From assembly GCA_963728205.1 (NCBI GenBank), contig CAVSIV010000001.1, forward strand, positions 96,001 to 160,000: DNA of 64,000 nucleotides, written 5' to 3'. The notes below the pieces were generated by a model. That model had not been told where the DNA came from, searched no databases, and saw nothing but the letters and a program-made list of their open reading frames with translations. Position numbers and translations under genes: made by a program. The stretch is from an uncultured Chloroflexia bacterium (GTDB lineage Bacteria > Chloroflexota > Dehalococcoidia > UBA2979). Below are positions 28,581 to 41,500 of the stretch, piece by piece (the stretch's first letter is position 1; each line of letters opens with the position of its first letter).

Positions 28581-30299
28581 CTAGACCCCGCCCCCGCCGC
28601 CCCCGGCGGCGGCGCCGGTGGCGGGTTCCGCCTCCGCGACGGGCTCGCGCTCGGGCTCCGGCTCCGGCGCCATCACCGGCGCCTCGCCCGTCGTGTCCAG
28701 CGTCGAGAACGTCCCGCGCAGCTTGAACGGCTTGAACGTCGCCGCCAGCACCACCACGCACAGCGCGGCGATCACCGAGCCGAGGAAGATGCGGTCGATC
28801 GCGTCGGCGACGCCCTGCTTCTGCGCCGCGACCGTCTCCGCCAGCACCGCCTGGCCGTCGGGCAGCGCGCCGATCGTCGCCTTCACCGGCTCGAAGCGCC
28901 GCGGGTCGAGCGCCAGCGTCGGGTCCTTGAACTCCGCGTAGATGGCCGGCGGCACCACCACGCGCGCGGCCGGCGAGCGCGACTGGAACGACGAGACGTA
29001 CGTCGTCGTGAAGATCAGCCCGAAGATCGCGATGCCCATCACCTGCGCGATCTGCATGAAGAACTGGCGCGTGCTCGTCGCCACGCCCATGAATTCCTGC
29101 GCGACCGCCGCCTGCACGACCACCGACATGATCGGCATGATCATTCCGCCGCCGAGCCCCGAGATGATCATGAAGACCGCGATGTGCCACGTCGGGTCGC
29201 CCACGCCCAGCCGGTGCAGCAGCCACGCCGCGATCAGCGTCAGCACCGAGCCGAACATCACCACGTACTTGAAGCTGCCCGTGCGCGCGACGAACTGGCC
29301 GCCGATCACGCTCGAGATCAGCACGCCCACCGACTGCGGCGTGGAGACCAGGCCGGACGCCGTCGCCGACGCGCCGAGCGCCGTCTGGATGAACGTCGGC
29401 AGGTACTGGATCGCGCCGAACATGCCGGCCCCGGCGAACACCACGAGCAGGTTCGCCTGCACGAACGCGCGGTTCTTGAAGAGGAAGAGCGGCAGGATCG
29501 CCTCGGGGTGGCGCTTCTCCTGCAGGATGAACAGCACCCACAGCAAGAGCGACACGCCGAAGAGCCCGATCGTCTCGGGCGCCCCCCAGCCGAAGTGCTC
29601 GGTCGCCCACACCAGCGCGAGGATCAGCGTGACGGCCGCGCCGGTGAGCAGCGCCGAGCCCAGCGCGTCGACATCGGCCAGCCGCCGGCCGCCCGGCCGC
29701 ACGTTCGGCAGGTTGCGCCAGATGAAGTAGATGCCGGCCGCGCCGACCGGCAGGTTGATGTAGAAGCACCAGCGCCAGCCCGGGCCGTCGGTGAGGAAGC
29801 CGCCGAGCGTCGGGCCGACCAGCGACGCGATCGTGAACGCGCCGATGAAGTAGCCCATGTACTTCGCGCGCTCGAGCGGCGTGAAGAGGTCGCCGAGCGT
29901 CGAGAACACGCACGCGAAGATCAGCCCGCCGCCGATGCCCTGCACCGCGCGCGCCGCGATCAGGAACGGCATCGACGGCGCGGCGCCGCAGAGCGCCGAC
30001 GCCGCGATGAAGAGCGCGACGCCGCCGATGATGAACCACTTGCGGCCGAACATGTCGGAGAGCTTGCCGGCCAGCGGCACGACGACCGTCGACGACAGCA
30101 GGTACACGGTGAACACCCACGACAGCAGCGGGAAGCCGCCGAGGTCCGCGAGGATGCGCGGCATCGCGGTCGCGACGATCGACTGATCGAGCGCGCTGAT
30201 GAACATGCAGAGCATGAGCGAGTTCATCAGCAGGAACTTCTGCCGGGGTGCGAGGAATTCGCCGATCGGCTGAACGGCGGTACGGGGCGAGGTCGTCAT
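28581..30299 (-). CDS. MFS multidrug efflux transporter (DHA2, 14-TMS)
   Basis: ALDQSIVATAMP, WVFTVYLL, GKLSDMFGRK, RAVQGIGGG, GPTLGGFL..WRWCFYINLPVG. Confidence 0.93.
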   Translation of the reverse strand: MTTSPRTAVQPIGEFLAPRQKFLLMNSLMLCMFISALDQSIVATAMPRILADLGGFPLLSWVFTVYLLSSTVVVPLAGKLSDMFGRKWFIIGGVALFIAASALCGAAPSMPFLIAARAVQGIGGGLIFACVFSTLGDLFTPLERAKYMGYFIGAFTIASLVGPTLGGFLTDGPGWRWCFYINLPVGAAGIYFIWRNLPNVRPGGRRLADVDALGSALLTGAAVTLILALVWATEHFGWGAPETIGLFGVSLLLWVLFILQEKRHPEAILPLFLFKNRAFVQANLLVVFAGAGMFGAIQYLPTFIQTALGASATASGLVSTPQSVGVLISSVIGGQFVARTGSFKYVVMFGSVLTLIAAWLLHRLGVGDPTWHIAVFMIISGLGGGMIMPIMSVVVQAAVAQEFMGVATSTRQFFMQIAQVMGIAIFGLIFTTTYVSSFQSRSPAARVVVPPAIYAEFKDPTLALDPRRFEPVKATIGALPDGQAVLAETVAAQKQGVADAIDRIFLGSVIAALCVVVLAATFKPFKLRGTFSTLDTTGEAPVMAPEPEPEREPVAEAEPATGAAAGGGGGGV

Positions 30300-30540
30300 A
30301 GTGGTGGTCGCGCCGGCGGAATGGAACACCGTGCGCGCGGTCCGGCGATCCTATGCGATTGCGGGCGAAGGTGGTGAAGCGCCGGTCGAAATGCAAGACC
30401 ACCGACCCCCCGGCAGCGCGCGCGTCCGCCGCCGTACGTCCTGCTGTCCCCGCGACGGGCCCCGGGCGGTCGATGCCGCCGCAGGGCCGTGCTGCCCGCG
30501 CGTCCGGCGGGCGTTGCGCCGTTCCGCCATCTGCCGTATA

Positions 30541-30570
30541 TATTTCGCGCACGAAATAGTTTCACGAAAT
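30541..30570. promoter_or_regulatory. Putative TetR operator / divergent promoter
   Basis: AT-rich palindrome TATTTCG-CGCA-CGAAATA plus TTTCACGAAA just before the TetR ATG, divergent from the MFS gene. Confidence 0.55.
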
Positions 30571-30574
30571 TGCC

Positions 30575-31175
30575 ATGCCGCGACGCTACCGCCAGACCGC
30601 CCGCGCCAGCGCCACCGCCGAGACCCGCGGCCGGATCGCCGAGGCCGCCCGCGCGGTGCACGCCCGTCGCGGCATCGCCGGCGCCAGCTACGACGAGATC
30701 GCCGAGGCGGCCGGCGTCTCCACCGCGACCGTCTACCGGCACTTCCCGACGCTCGAGGCGCTGATCCCGGCCTGCGCGGGGTCGAATCCCCGTGTTGCAG
30801 CCCGCCACGCCCGCGCTCGTCGACGCGCTCTTCGCCGGGCGCGCCACCGTGGCGGAGCGGCTCGACGTGCTCGTGACGGGCACCTGCGACTGCTATCGCG
30901 ACGACCGCCCGTGGCTCGCGGCGCTGCGCGGCGGCGAGGACACGCACGACCGGCTGCGCGCGCTCGCGCGGTCGTCGGTCGAGAACCTCGCGGTGCTCGT
31001 GCGCGCGGCGCTCGGCCCGCGGCCGGCCGACGCGCGCCGCGTGCAGGTGATCACGGCGCTGCTCGACTTCCCCTTCTGGAACTCGCTGCTCGCGGTGGGG
31101 CTCGACGCGCCCGCCGCCACCGAGCAGGTGCGAGCGATGGTCCATGAGGAGGCGGCGAAGGCCGCGCGACGATGA
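30575..31175 (+). CDS. TetR/AcrR-family regulator (one frameshift near 30785 as sequenced)
   Basis: HTH TRGRIAEAA..EIAEAAGVSTATVYRHFPT in ORF 30575; helical C-terminus continues in ORF 30792..31175. Confidence 0.82.
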
Positions 31176-31191
31176 CGAAGGAGGCGGCGGG

Positions 31192-31692
31192 ATGACCGAC
31201 GTGACGGCGGCGGCGACGGCGGAGCAGGCGTACGTGCGCGCCGACGGCGAGGGCGAGGCGCTCTGGTTCGCGGGCGCGCTGATGGTGGTGAAGGCCGCGC
31301 GCGAGGACACCGGCGGCCGCTTCGCGCTGCTCGATCAGCGGGTGCCGGCGGGCTACGCCGCTCCGCTGCACGTGCACCACGACGAGGACGAGGGCTGGTA
31401 CGTGCTCGAGGGCGCCGCCCGCTTCACGTGCGGCGAACGCACGTTCACGGCGTCGGCGGGCGCCTGGGTCTTCCTCCCGAAAGGCGTGCCGCACACGTTC
31501 AGCGTCGACGGCGCACCCGCGCGCTTCCTCACGCTGACCGCGCCGGCGGAGTTCGGCGAGTTCGTGCGCGCCGCGGGCGAGCCCGCGCGGGCGCTCACCG
31601 TCCCGCCGCCGGGCCCCGCGGACGTGGCGCGGCTGGCCGCGATCGCCGCGGAGCACGGCATCGAGATCGTCGGACCGCCGCCGGCGCACTGA
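31192..31692 (+). CDS. Cupin-domain protein
   Basis: RBS AAGGAGG; TGGRFAL, PLHVHHDEDEGWYVLEG, PKGVPHTF, HGIEIVGPP. Confidence 0.9.
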   Translation: MTDVTAAATAEQAYVRADGEGEALWFAGALMVVKAAREDTGGRFALLDQRVPAGYAAPLHVHHDEDEGWYVLEGAARFTCGERTFTASAGAWVFLPKGVPHTFSVDGAPARFLTLTAPAEFGEFVRAAGEPARALTVPPPGPADVARLAAIAAEHGIEIVGPPPAH

Positions 31693-31757
31693 CGGGGTCG
31701 TCGGGGTTCGCGACGCGGACTGGACGTCACCCGTCCGACGTTTGTTAGCCTCGGACG

Positions 31758-32321
31758 ATGAACGCAGCCGTGATCCCCGTCCTCGTCTTCGTCGCCGGCA
31801 TGGCCGACGTGTCGTTCGGCACCGGCCGCATGCTGATGATCGCCGCCGGGCTGCGCTGGCAGGCGGCGCTGCTCGCGATGGTGCAGGTGGCCGTCTTCGT
31901 CGGTGCCATCAGCGCGGTCGTGAACAACCTGAACAACCCGTTCGCAATCCTCGGGTACGTGCTCGGCTGGGGTATCGGCACGCTCCTCGGCATGTGGGTC
32001 GAGGAGCGCATCGCCCACGGCTACCGGCTGATCCAGGTGATCAACACGAACCGCGAGGTCGCCGTCGCCGACCACCTGCGCGACGCCGGCATCCGCGTCA
32101 CGCAGATGGAGGGGTACGGGATGCGCGGGCCGGTCGAGGTGGCGATGACGGTGATCCGTCGCCGCGAGCTGGTGCGGACGCGCGAGCGGATCATGGAGAT
32201 CGCGCCGGACGCGTTCATCACGGTGGAGCGCGCGGAGCGCCCGCTCGGCGGGGCGACGGTGGCCGCGGACCTGCGGTCGCGCCGCTGGCCTTGGGTGAAG
32301 CAGCGGGTGGGGCCGGTGTAG
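31758..32321 (+). CDS. UPF0316 (DUF5698/DUF2179) membrane protein
   Basis: DVSFGTGR, three TM helices, G.GTLLGMWVEE.IA.G, GIRVTQMEGYG..G, PDAFIT. Confidence 0.85.
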   Translation: MNAAVIPVLVFVAGMADVSFGTGRMLMIAAGLRWQAALLAMVQVAVFVGAISAVVNNLNNPFAILGYVLGWGIGTLLGMWVEERIAHGYRLIQVINTNREVAVADHLRDAGIRVTQMEGYGMRGPVEVAMTVIRRRELVRTRERIMEIAPDAFITVERAERPLGGATVAADLRSRRWPWVKQRVGPV

Positions 32322-32663
32322 GAGATGAAGCCACCTCCGACCCCCGTCCCAACGTCGGCCACCTCGCCGCCGCGACGAAGGGGCGGAGGCGGGGACCGTC
32401 CAGGTGAGCGACGAGAATCACCGTCGACTCGCGCGGGACAGCAGCGTCCTCGGCATCGAGTCGCTGAACGCCAACGAGCAGACTTGCCGAGCGGCGAAGA
32501 CCGCTCGCGCTCGAGAACATGGCCAACGGTGCGCACGTCGAGGTCGGTTGGCCCTCGCCGCGTCGGCGAAGGTCAGAGATCGCCGACGGGAGCATCGAGC
32601 GCGCGCGACGGTACGGAGAGCGGAGGGGCGGCGCATCGCCGTGAGCGCCGGGCCACCAGGCGG

Positions 32664-33484
32664 TCAACCGCCTCCGTCGCGGCTCAAATGAAACGACAGC
32701 TCATACTTCCAGACTTCCAGGTTGGGTACCGAGCGAGACCGCCATGCGCAGGGCGTCGGAAACATCGCCGGCGACGAGCATGCCCCGGACGCTGCGTCCA
32801 GTGGCTAGCCGCGCCGCCACCCATCCCATGTAACCGAGGATCTGCCCCACCGCCTGTCTGTCGGGAAGGTTCCGCTTCGTCTCGAATCACCACGAAGTTT
32901 CCGTCCCGATCGACGGCAAGAAAGTCGATGATCCCCATACTCGGGTTGCTCGTCGCGAATTCGCGACCGCGCGCACCCTCGTACCACTCAAGGGATGGGA
33001 AGTGCGATCGCCAGTTCCTTTGCAGGTAGTCCTGGAGGTGCAACTCGAGTAGCGCTGGTCCCACCAAGTCGCCTGAGATCGTGTCGTCGTCCAGTTCGTC
33101 GGTCGCCTCGTCGGCAGCGGCAAGGAGCGTTGTGGGGTTCTGCAGCCAGTCGACAACCTGCACGTAGCTGTACTGCTCGAGGTCATCGCGCAGATGTTGA
33201 AGGAAGGCATTGCGCTCGGCCTCGGTGAGCAGCCGATAGCGCTTCCCGTGCATGGTCGGATCGTCGGTGACCAAGAGCGGGTTGCGCAGGTACTGCAGGC
33301 CCGGGCTGTGCTTCTTGCTCGGATCGTTGATGCAGTGAAACTTCGCGTCCGCGCTCACGCTCCCAGGATTGGTGCCCGGAGCGACTGCCTCCGCTGCTCG
33401 AATGATCTCGCCATTCGTGAGCCATTGCTGACCGCGCGCGTGCTCGCGGGACACGCCCTCGACGATGAGTTCCCACACAGCCAT
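32664..33484 (-). CDS. NucS/EndoMS-like (DUF91) PD-(D/E)xK endonuclease with an unknown N-terminal domain; frameshifted near 32885 and 32735
   Basis: LELHLQDYL..N, GREF, GIIDFLAVD..GNFVVI then in another frame ETKR..DRQAVGQILGYMGWV..RGMLVA and final VPNLEVWKYELSFHL. Confidence 0.75.
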
Positions 33485-33591
33485 GTATCTCGCTCCGGTG
33501 CACTCGCGACCGTAATCAGTGTTCGCCAGGATAGTCAGGTCGATGCAAGAGCAGTTACATGCGCCGCGCCGATGCCGGAAACGGAGCGTAG

Positions 33592-35414
33592 ATGAAAGCC
33601 GACATCCTCACGTTGCGGGCGCTCTTCCAGAAGGACGTACGGTACCTGATCCCGACCTTCCAGCGGCCATATGTCTGGACTCAGGAGAACCAGTGGGAGC
33701 CACTTTGGAATGACGTACGCAATACCGCCGAGCGATATCTGCGAGGAGTTAGCCGAATCACCCGAAGAACCGGCTGCCGCGGAGGCGCGAACATCGTCGC
33801 ACTTCCTCGGCGCTGTTGTCGTGCAACAGCAGCCTACGGCTGCAGCGCAGATCGAGACGCGAGACGTCATCGATGGCCAGCAGAGGCTCACCACGCTCCA
33901 GCTTCTTCTAGATGCGGTGCAGGAGGTCTTCGAGCTGCGAGTCAAACCGCGGAGGCGCGGCGGCTGGCGCGACTCGTGCTGAACGACGAGGACTACGCCG
34001 TTCTCGATCCAGATCATGCGTTCAAGATCTGGCCGAACAAACGTCAACCGCGAGGCGTTTCGCGCTGCGATACGCAATGAATCGGCCGTCAATGGATATG
34101 CGAACACGCAGATCGTTCGAAGCCCATGCGTTCTTCCGAGCGCAGGTCGACCAATGGCTCGGCGACGTACCCGCGGATGACGCGCGGCGCGCTCATGGTT
34201 TGGAGACCGCGCTCGTCCGCCTGCTTGAGATGGTGGTCATCGACCTCGAGCACATATGACGATGCGAACGTGATTTTCGAGACCCTGAACGCGCGAGGCA
34301 CGCCGTTGCTTGCGTCCGATCTCGTAAAGAACTTCGTGCTGCACACAGCCCGCGAAGCTGGGCTCGACGAGGATCTGTTCTACGCGCGGCGCTGGCGCGA
34401 CTTCGATGAGCCGTGGTGGCGGGAGGAGGTGCGGCAAGGCCGCATCGTCCGTCCCCGGATCGATGTGCTCTTGAACTACTGGCTGACGATGCAGACGGCG
34501 AAGGAGGTGACCGCGGCCAACGTGTTCCCCTCATTCCGCGGACTGGTCGAGTCCTCCTGAAACTCGATCGACGAGATCGTCGCCGAGAATGGGGCGATCG
34601 GAGATACATACCATCGGCTCGAGTCCATGGACGCGGGCTCCCGTGAGGGACTGTTTCTTTACCGCTGGGGGGTGATGGAAGCCGGCGTCGTCACACCGAT
34701 CCTGTTATTGCTGTTCTCGCAGGCTCCCAAACCCTTCCTCAACCGCGTCTCTTGCGGGCGCTACGGGCCATCGAGGCCTATCTGGTGCGCCGGATGGTGT
34801 GCCGGATGACGACGAAAGATTACAACAGCCTCTTTCTCGAACTGCTTGGCCGGCTGCAATCGCAGCCCCTTGCCGCGGCGGATGATGTCATCGTTGGATA
34901 CCTCGGCGAGCAAACGGCAGACGCACGAATCTGGCCGGACGACCACAAGGTTCGTGACGACTTCGTCGAACTACCGATGTACCGGCTGCTCACCCGTGGA
35001 CGTCTTCGCATCGTGCTGGAGGGCATCGAGTCGGCGTTGCGCACGCCGAAGTCGGAGGCATCCGACGTGCCGCGTGGCCTCACGATCGAACATGTGATGC
35101 CGCAGTCATGGCGTGAGCATTGGGCAATGACGGCGGAGACGGACGAGGCGCTCCTGGTCGCCGCGCTCGCGCGCGACAGGCTCGTTCATACCATCGGAAA
35201 TCTGACGCTCGTGAACGAACGTCTGAATCCGGCGCTTTCGAACAGCCCTTGGCCGAAGAAGCGAGCGGCCCTTGCCGAGCATAGCGTCCTGTACCTCAAC
35301 AAGATGCTGCTTGCGGATGCCGGCGAAACATGGAACGAAGATGCCATCCGCACGCGAAGCGAGAAGCTCTTCGCGACAGCAACGATCGTTTGGCCGAGCG
35401 CCGGACAGGTGTAG
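33592..35414 (+). CDS. GmrSD-like restriction endonuclease (DUF262-DUF1524); multiple frameshifts as sequenced
   Basis: IPTFQRPYVW, HFLGAVV, VIDGQQRLTT, IFETLNARG, and HNH-like TIEHVMPQ..IGNLTLV..N spread over successive ORF fragments. Confidence 0.85.
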
Positions 35415-35429
35415 GACGAGGCTTTCCGC

Positions 35430-38400
35430 ATGACCATGGCTCCCCCCGAGCAAGGACAGACTCGTCGAGGTACGTCGACGCCGGTGGGTGGTGTCTGACG
35501 TGGCCGGATCGGCGCTGCCGGTCGCGCGCGCCGGCGAGGGACAACACCTCGTCACGCTGGTGTCCGTGGAAGACGAAGCGTTCGACGAGCAACTGCAGGT
35601 CGTACTGGGAGTCGAGCCCGGCGCGCGCGTCTTCACGTCAGCGGGGTTGCCGGAGCCGACCGGGTTCGATCCGCCTCGCTATCAGGAGGCGCTGCTGGAC
35701 GCGGTGCGTTGGGGTGCCGTCACCAACGCGGACACGCAGGCGCTCCAATCGCCCTTCCGCAGCGGCATCACGATCGAGGACTACCAGCTCGATCCGGTCG
35801 TGCGCGCGATCCAGATGCCACGCGCGAATCTCCTGATCGCAGATGACGTCGGGCTCGGCAAGACGATCGAGGCCGGCCTGGTCGTGCAGGAGCTGATGCT
35901 CCGGCATCGTGCCCGCACGGTCGTTGGTCGTCTGCCCGGCGACGCTTCAGATCAAGTGGCGCGACGAGATGCGCGATAAGTTCGGGCTGGAGTTCCGGAT
36001 CGTCGACACCACGCTGTTCGCGCGAGCTGCGACGAACGCGGGGCATCCACGCCAATCCGTGGACACACTTCCCCGGCTGATCACCTCGATCGACTGGCTG
36101 AAACGCGACGGGCCGATGCGCTGCTTCATGAGAGGCCGCGGGTCCGCGCCGGGAGCTACCCGCGGCGGTTCGACCTACTGATCCTCGACGAGGCACACAA
36201 CGCGGCGCCGACCGGGAGGCAGCACTACGCGGTCGACTCACTGCGCACGCGGGCGATTCGACGAATCACGCCGCACTTCGAGCACCGCCTCTTCCTCACC
36301 GCGACGCCGCACAACGGGTACGCGGAGTCGTTCACGTCGCTGCTGGAACTGCTGGACGATCAGCGGTTCGCGCGTGGAGTGCAGCTGGTCGGAACAACAG
36401 CTTGGCGAGGTGATGGTCCGCCGCCTGAAGGATTCGATTCGTCGACTGGGACGGGCAACCGCGCGATTCCCGATCCGCGAGATCGTGCCGATCGAGGTCG
36501 CGCTACTCCCAGGAGGAGCGCGACGCGCACACGCGCTTCTGCAGCGAGTACGCGCGAGCCCTGCGGGAGATCGCCGCGGTCGACGCGAGCGGTCAGGCGA
36601 GCGAGTTCGTCGTCAAGCTGCTCAAGAAGCGGCTGTTCTCGTCGCCAGCGGCATTCGCCGGCACCCTTGCCAAGCACCGGCGGACGATTTCCGGAGATCG
36701 CGACGAAGAGCCGCGCCGTCGGCCGCGAGTCAGTCGGAATCCTCCGGCGCGCGATCGAAGAGGCCGAAGAGGAGTACGCCGATGACGAGCAGGTCGAGCA
36801 GCCGCTCGACGATGCCGTCGGGACCGCCACGCACCTGCTCGAGCGGCTGGGTGCGCACGAGATCGAGTTGCTCGATCGCATGTCCGCGTGGGCTGACCGC
36901 GCGAAGGACGCGCGGACGCCAAGGCGGATGCGCTGATCGCCTGGCTCGACGACTGGACCTGCGGCCGGGTGGCGAATGGTCGGACGAGCGAGTGATCGTC
37001 TTCACGGAGTACCGCGCCACGCAGAACTGGCTCGTCGAGCTGCTTGACCGCGCGCGGGTTCGGTGGACTGCGTCTCGAAGCGCATCTTCGGTGGCATGGA
37101 TCCGGATGCGCGCGAGCGTGTCAAGGCCGCATTCCAGGCGGATCCCGCGGACGTCGCCGGTACGGATGCTCGTCGCGACGGATGCGGCATCCGAGGGGAT
37201 CGACCTCCAGAACCACTGCCATTGATCGTGCACTTCGAGATCCCGTGGAACCCGAACCGGCATGGAGCAGCGCAACGGCCGCATCGACCGCATCGGACAA
37301 CGCGCGCCGGAGGTGCTCGATCTATCACTTCGTGCCGGAGGGGTTCGACGCTGATAGTGACGCGGTGTCGAACCCGGGTCTTCGAAGGTGAGCTCGAGTT
37401 CCTCTACCGAGTCGCCCGCAAGGTCGAGTCCATCCGCGAAGACCTCGGTCAGGTCGGTCCAGTGATCGCCGCACAGGTGGAAGAAGCGATGCTCGGGCGC
37501 CGTACGGTGCTCGAAACCACGACCGTCGAGCGAAAAGCCGAGGCGGACCGGCGACTACTGCGCATCGAACGCGACATCCGCGAGCGCGTGGCGCGATTGC
37601 ACGACCGGTTGATCGACAGCCGGGAGTCGCTCCACTTCACGCCGTCGGCGCTGCAGAACGTCGTCGAGGTCGGCCTCGAACTCGCCGCGCAGCCGGGGTT
37701 GACCCCGGCGGCGGGAACGCGAGCGGCGGGCGCGTTCGAGATGCCCGCGCTCGGGGGGACATGGGCGCGATGTTCGGAGGGTCTCGATCATCCGCACAGC
37801 GGCCGCCGGCGCCCGATCACCTTCGACGGTGCCGTCGCCGCGGGGCACGACGATGTCGTGCTCGTGCATCTGAGCCATCGCCTGGCGGACATGTGTCAGC
37901 GCCTACTGCGATCCGAAGGCTGGGCGCTGGCGGGAGGCAGGCACCTGCATCGCGTTAGCGCGCGTGTCATCGAGGATGCCCTGAGCCCCGACCCTGCGGT
38001 GATCGTGCACGCGCGTCTGGTGGTCCAGGGCCGGCGGGGACACCGGCTCCATGAGGAGCTGATCTCGGCGGGCGGATTCGTGGTCGGGGGGCGCTTCCGG
38101 CGTTTCGATTCCATCGGCCAGCTCGACGGGATCTGGGAGCGGTCGCAGCCGCGGATGCCGGGGGATCGCTTGCTCACCCAGTTCCAGGCGCTCTGGCCCC
38201 GCATCACCGCCCCGGTCCTCGCGTCGATCGAAGCGAGAAGTGCCGACCGCATGCAGTTCGTCGCGAACGCCATCACCCGCCGCCGCGACGGTGAGATCGC
38301 TGACATGCAGGCCGTGCTCACGGAGCTGGGAAAGACGATCGAAGCCGACTCGCTGACTTGGAGCGCCCCAGCGTTCAGCTCACGCTGTGGAGCGAGCCAG

Positions 38401-38570
38401 AACGCGAGCAGTTGCGGCGCAACGTGGACGCACTGCGTCAACGGGTGCGCGAGATCCCGGGGGAGAGCAAGCGGGAGGCTGAGGCCATCGGCGATCGATA
38501 CGCCGACCCTGCGGCGCGCATCTTCCCGGTGAGCGTGACCTTCATCGCACCGCAATCGATGGCGGACTGA
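35430..38570 (+). CDS. drmD: DISARM SNF2-like helicase DrmD; multiple frameshifts as sequenced
   Basis: PEQGQ.VEVR, LDAVRWGAV, SPFRSGITIEDYQLDPV, LLIADDVGLGKTIEAG, DEAH, LTATPHNGY, VFTEYRATQ, ATDAASEGIDLQ, EIPWNPNR. Confidence 0.87.
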
Positions 38571-38571
38571 C

Positions 38572-41500
38572 ATGGCGGGGCGAGACCGCCACAGCGAATG
38601 GCTCTCGTTGATCGAGGTCTCGGGCCCGTTCCTGAGCGTCGAGGTCCTCGACCGCGTCTTCCCCCAGGGCTTGGACGAACACGACCCCGAGGTCTCCGCG
38701 CGCGTTCGGCTCGCGTTCGACGAGTGGGCCGACGACCAAATGGGGCTGCATCCGGACCCGCGCCTGCACGAACAGTGGCTCGCCTTCGTGCTCTCCGAGC
38801 TGCTCGAGTTCCCGGATGAAGTGATCGAGCGAAGCACCGAGCGCTTTGCGGTGGATGTCCCCGAGCAGCACGTGGCCGTTGCGCCCGACGTCGCCGTCGT
38901 TGACCCAGACGATCGCTCCCCCCGCCTCTTGATCAGCCTCTGGCCGGCGGGTCAGTTACTCGACGAGCCGCCCTCGGAGGACGCGTGGGCGGCGTCTCCA
39001 CTCGAACGGATGACGCTGCTCTGCAACGAGCTCGGGGCATTTGGACTGGTGACGAACGGGCGCCGCTGGACCTTCGTGCACGCCGCCACCGGCGAGACAC
39101 CCGGGTTCGCTTCTTGGTACGCGCATCTCTGGGTCGAGGAGCCACTCACGCTCCGCGCGTTCCGCACGCTGTTGGGCGCGCGGCGGTTCTTCGCGTCGGC
39201 GGAGAACGAGACGCTGGCGCCGATGCTCGCGGACTCCGCGCTCGCGCAAGAAGCGGTCACATCACAGCTCGGTCTGCAGGTCAGGCGCGCCGTCGAGGTG
39301 CTCGTACAGGCGCTCGACCGCGCCGATCTCGACTCTGGGCGGCAGCTGCTCGCGGACGTGCCGGACGATCAGCTCTACGAGGCCGCCGTCACGGTAATGA
39401 TGCGGCTGGTCTTCCTCTTTTCGGCAGAGGAGCGCGACCTCCTGCTACTCGGGGAACCGCTCTACGACCAGTTCTATGCCGCGTCCCCGCTGAGCGCGCA
39501 GCTCCGAGCCGAGGCCGATCGTGTAGGTGTCCAGGTCCTTGAACGGCGGCTCGACGCATGGGCACGCCTGTGCGCGACGTTCCGCGCCGTGCATGGTGGC
39601 GTCGAGCACGACCGGCTGCGGCTGATCACCTACGGCGGCAGCCTCTTCGATCCGGATCGCTTCCCGTTCCTCGAGGGGCGGCAGCCGGGGACGAGCTGGC
39701 GTGACGCCGAGGCGGTACCGCTCCAGATCGACAACCGCACGGTGCTCCATCTGCTCGAGGCGCTGCAGCTGCTGCAGGAACGGGGGCGGGAGCCCCGAAG
39801 GTTGTCGTTCCGCGCGCTCGACGTGGAGCAGATCGGCCACGTGTACGAGGGCCTGCTCGATCACCAGGCGGTGCGCGTCGACGAGCCGTATCTGGGACTC
39901 GAAGGCGCCGCGGGGCTCGAGCCCGAAGTCCCGCTCTCTCGGCTCGAGGCAGCGGCGGGTGACACGGACGGACTCGTGGCGGCGCTGCGCGAGGCCACAA
40001 AGCGGAGCGAGTCGGCGCTGCGCAAGCGACTGGATGTCGACATGGATGCGGGCGAGCGCGAGCGGCTGATGGTCGCATGCGGGAACGATCACGACCTGTT
40101 CGAGCGCGTGCGTCCGTACGCCGGGCTGCTGCGCGAGGACGCGTGGGGCTACCCGCTGGTCTATCCGGCGAACACGCTGCTCGTCACCGCGGGGTTGGAC
40201 CGCCGCAGCACGCAGACGTACTACACGCCGCGCGCGCTCGCCGAGGAGATCGTGCAGTACGCGCTCGAGCCGCTCGTCTACGTCGGGCCCGCGGAAGGGA
40301 AGCCGCGCGAGGAGTGGCACTCCGGCCGGTGGGTGAGCTGCTCGACCTGAAGATCTGCGACCCCACGATGGGCTCGGGCGCCTTCCTCGTCGCCTCGTGC
40401 CGCTGGCTGGGTGAGCGCGTGGTCGAGGCGTGGGCGGCTGCCGCGGAGCGTCACGGGCCGATCACGCTCGAAGGCGAGCCGTCGAGCGGCGCGGCGAGCG
40501 AACACCTCGTGCCCCGGGAAGCCGCCGAGCAGCTCGCGCTCGCCCGACGACTAGTGGCGGAGCGCTGCCTGTACGGCGTCGACATCAACCCATTCGCAGT
40601 CGAGATGGCGAAGCTATCGGTGTGGCTGGTCACGCTCGCCAAGGACCGGCCGTTCGGCTTCCTCGACCACGCGCTGAAATGCGGTGACTCGCTGTTGGGC
40701 GTCACGAGCCTCGACCAGGTGCGCTACATGCACCTCGATCCCGAGCGCGGAAAGAATCGTCAACAAGAACCTCTGGTTCGACTTCGAGCGTGATGTCGTT
40801 CCGGTCGTCGAACGAGCGATGCGCGCTCGCTCCGAGCTCGAGTCGTTCCCGGTCCTCGAGTCGGCGGATGTCGAGCGGAAGTTGGCACTCCACGCGGAGG
40901 TGGAGGCGGCGCTCGCGCTCGCGCGGCTCATCGGCGACATCGCGGTCGCCTGCGCTATCGCAGATGAGGGCGGGCTCGGTGCGTACGACGGTCTGCTGCC
41001 GCAGGCTGTCGAGCGAGATCGATGCAGGCGAACGGGCCAGTTCACCACACTCCGCGCGTTTCTCGATGCGGATCTGCCTGAAGGCAGGCCTCCGCGCCGG
41101 ACGTTCCACTGGCCGCTCGAGTTCCCCGAAGTCTTCGGCTCCGAGCGTGGCGGTTTCGACGCGGTCGTAGCGAACCCGCCGTTCTTGGGTGGGCAGCGGC
41201 AGACGGCCACGCTCGGCGAGGGGTACCGCAACTACTTGATCGAATGGGTTGCAGAAGGACGACGGGGTAGCGCAGATCTAGCCGCATACTTCGTGATCCG
41301 GTTCGTTTCGTTGCTTCGTGAGCGTGGCTGCATGGGCTCCCTAGCCACGAACTCGATCGGCCAAGGGGTCGCTCGCGAGATCTGTCTGGGCCCACTATTG
41401 GCCGGGGGCGCGGCTGTCTTCCGGGCTGTCCCGAGCCGGCCGTGGCCCGGCACGGCGAACTTGGAGATCGCGGAACTGTGGCTCGCCCGCCGGCACTTCA

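Noticed and set aside
32322-32663. tRNA/att site or small gene (ORF 32404..32691) at the island's left edge
   Set aside because: No cloverleaf, no direct repeat matching the right edge and no recognisable protein; only a GC-rich hairpin at ~32331-32395.
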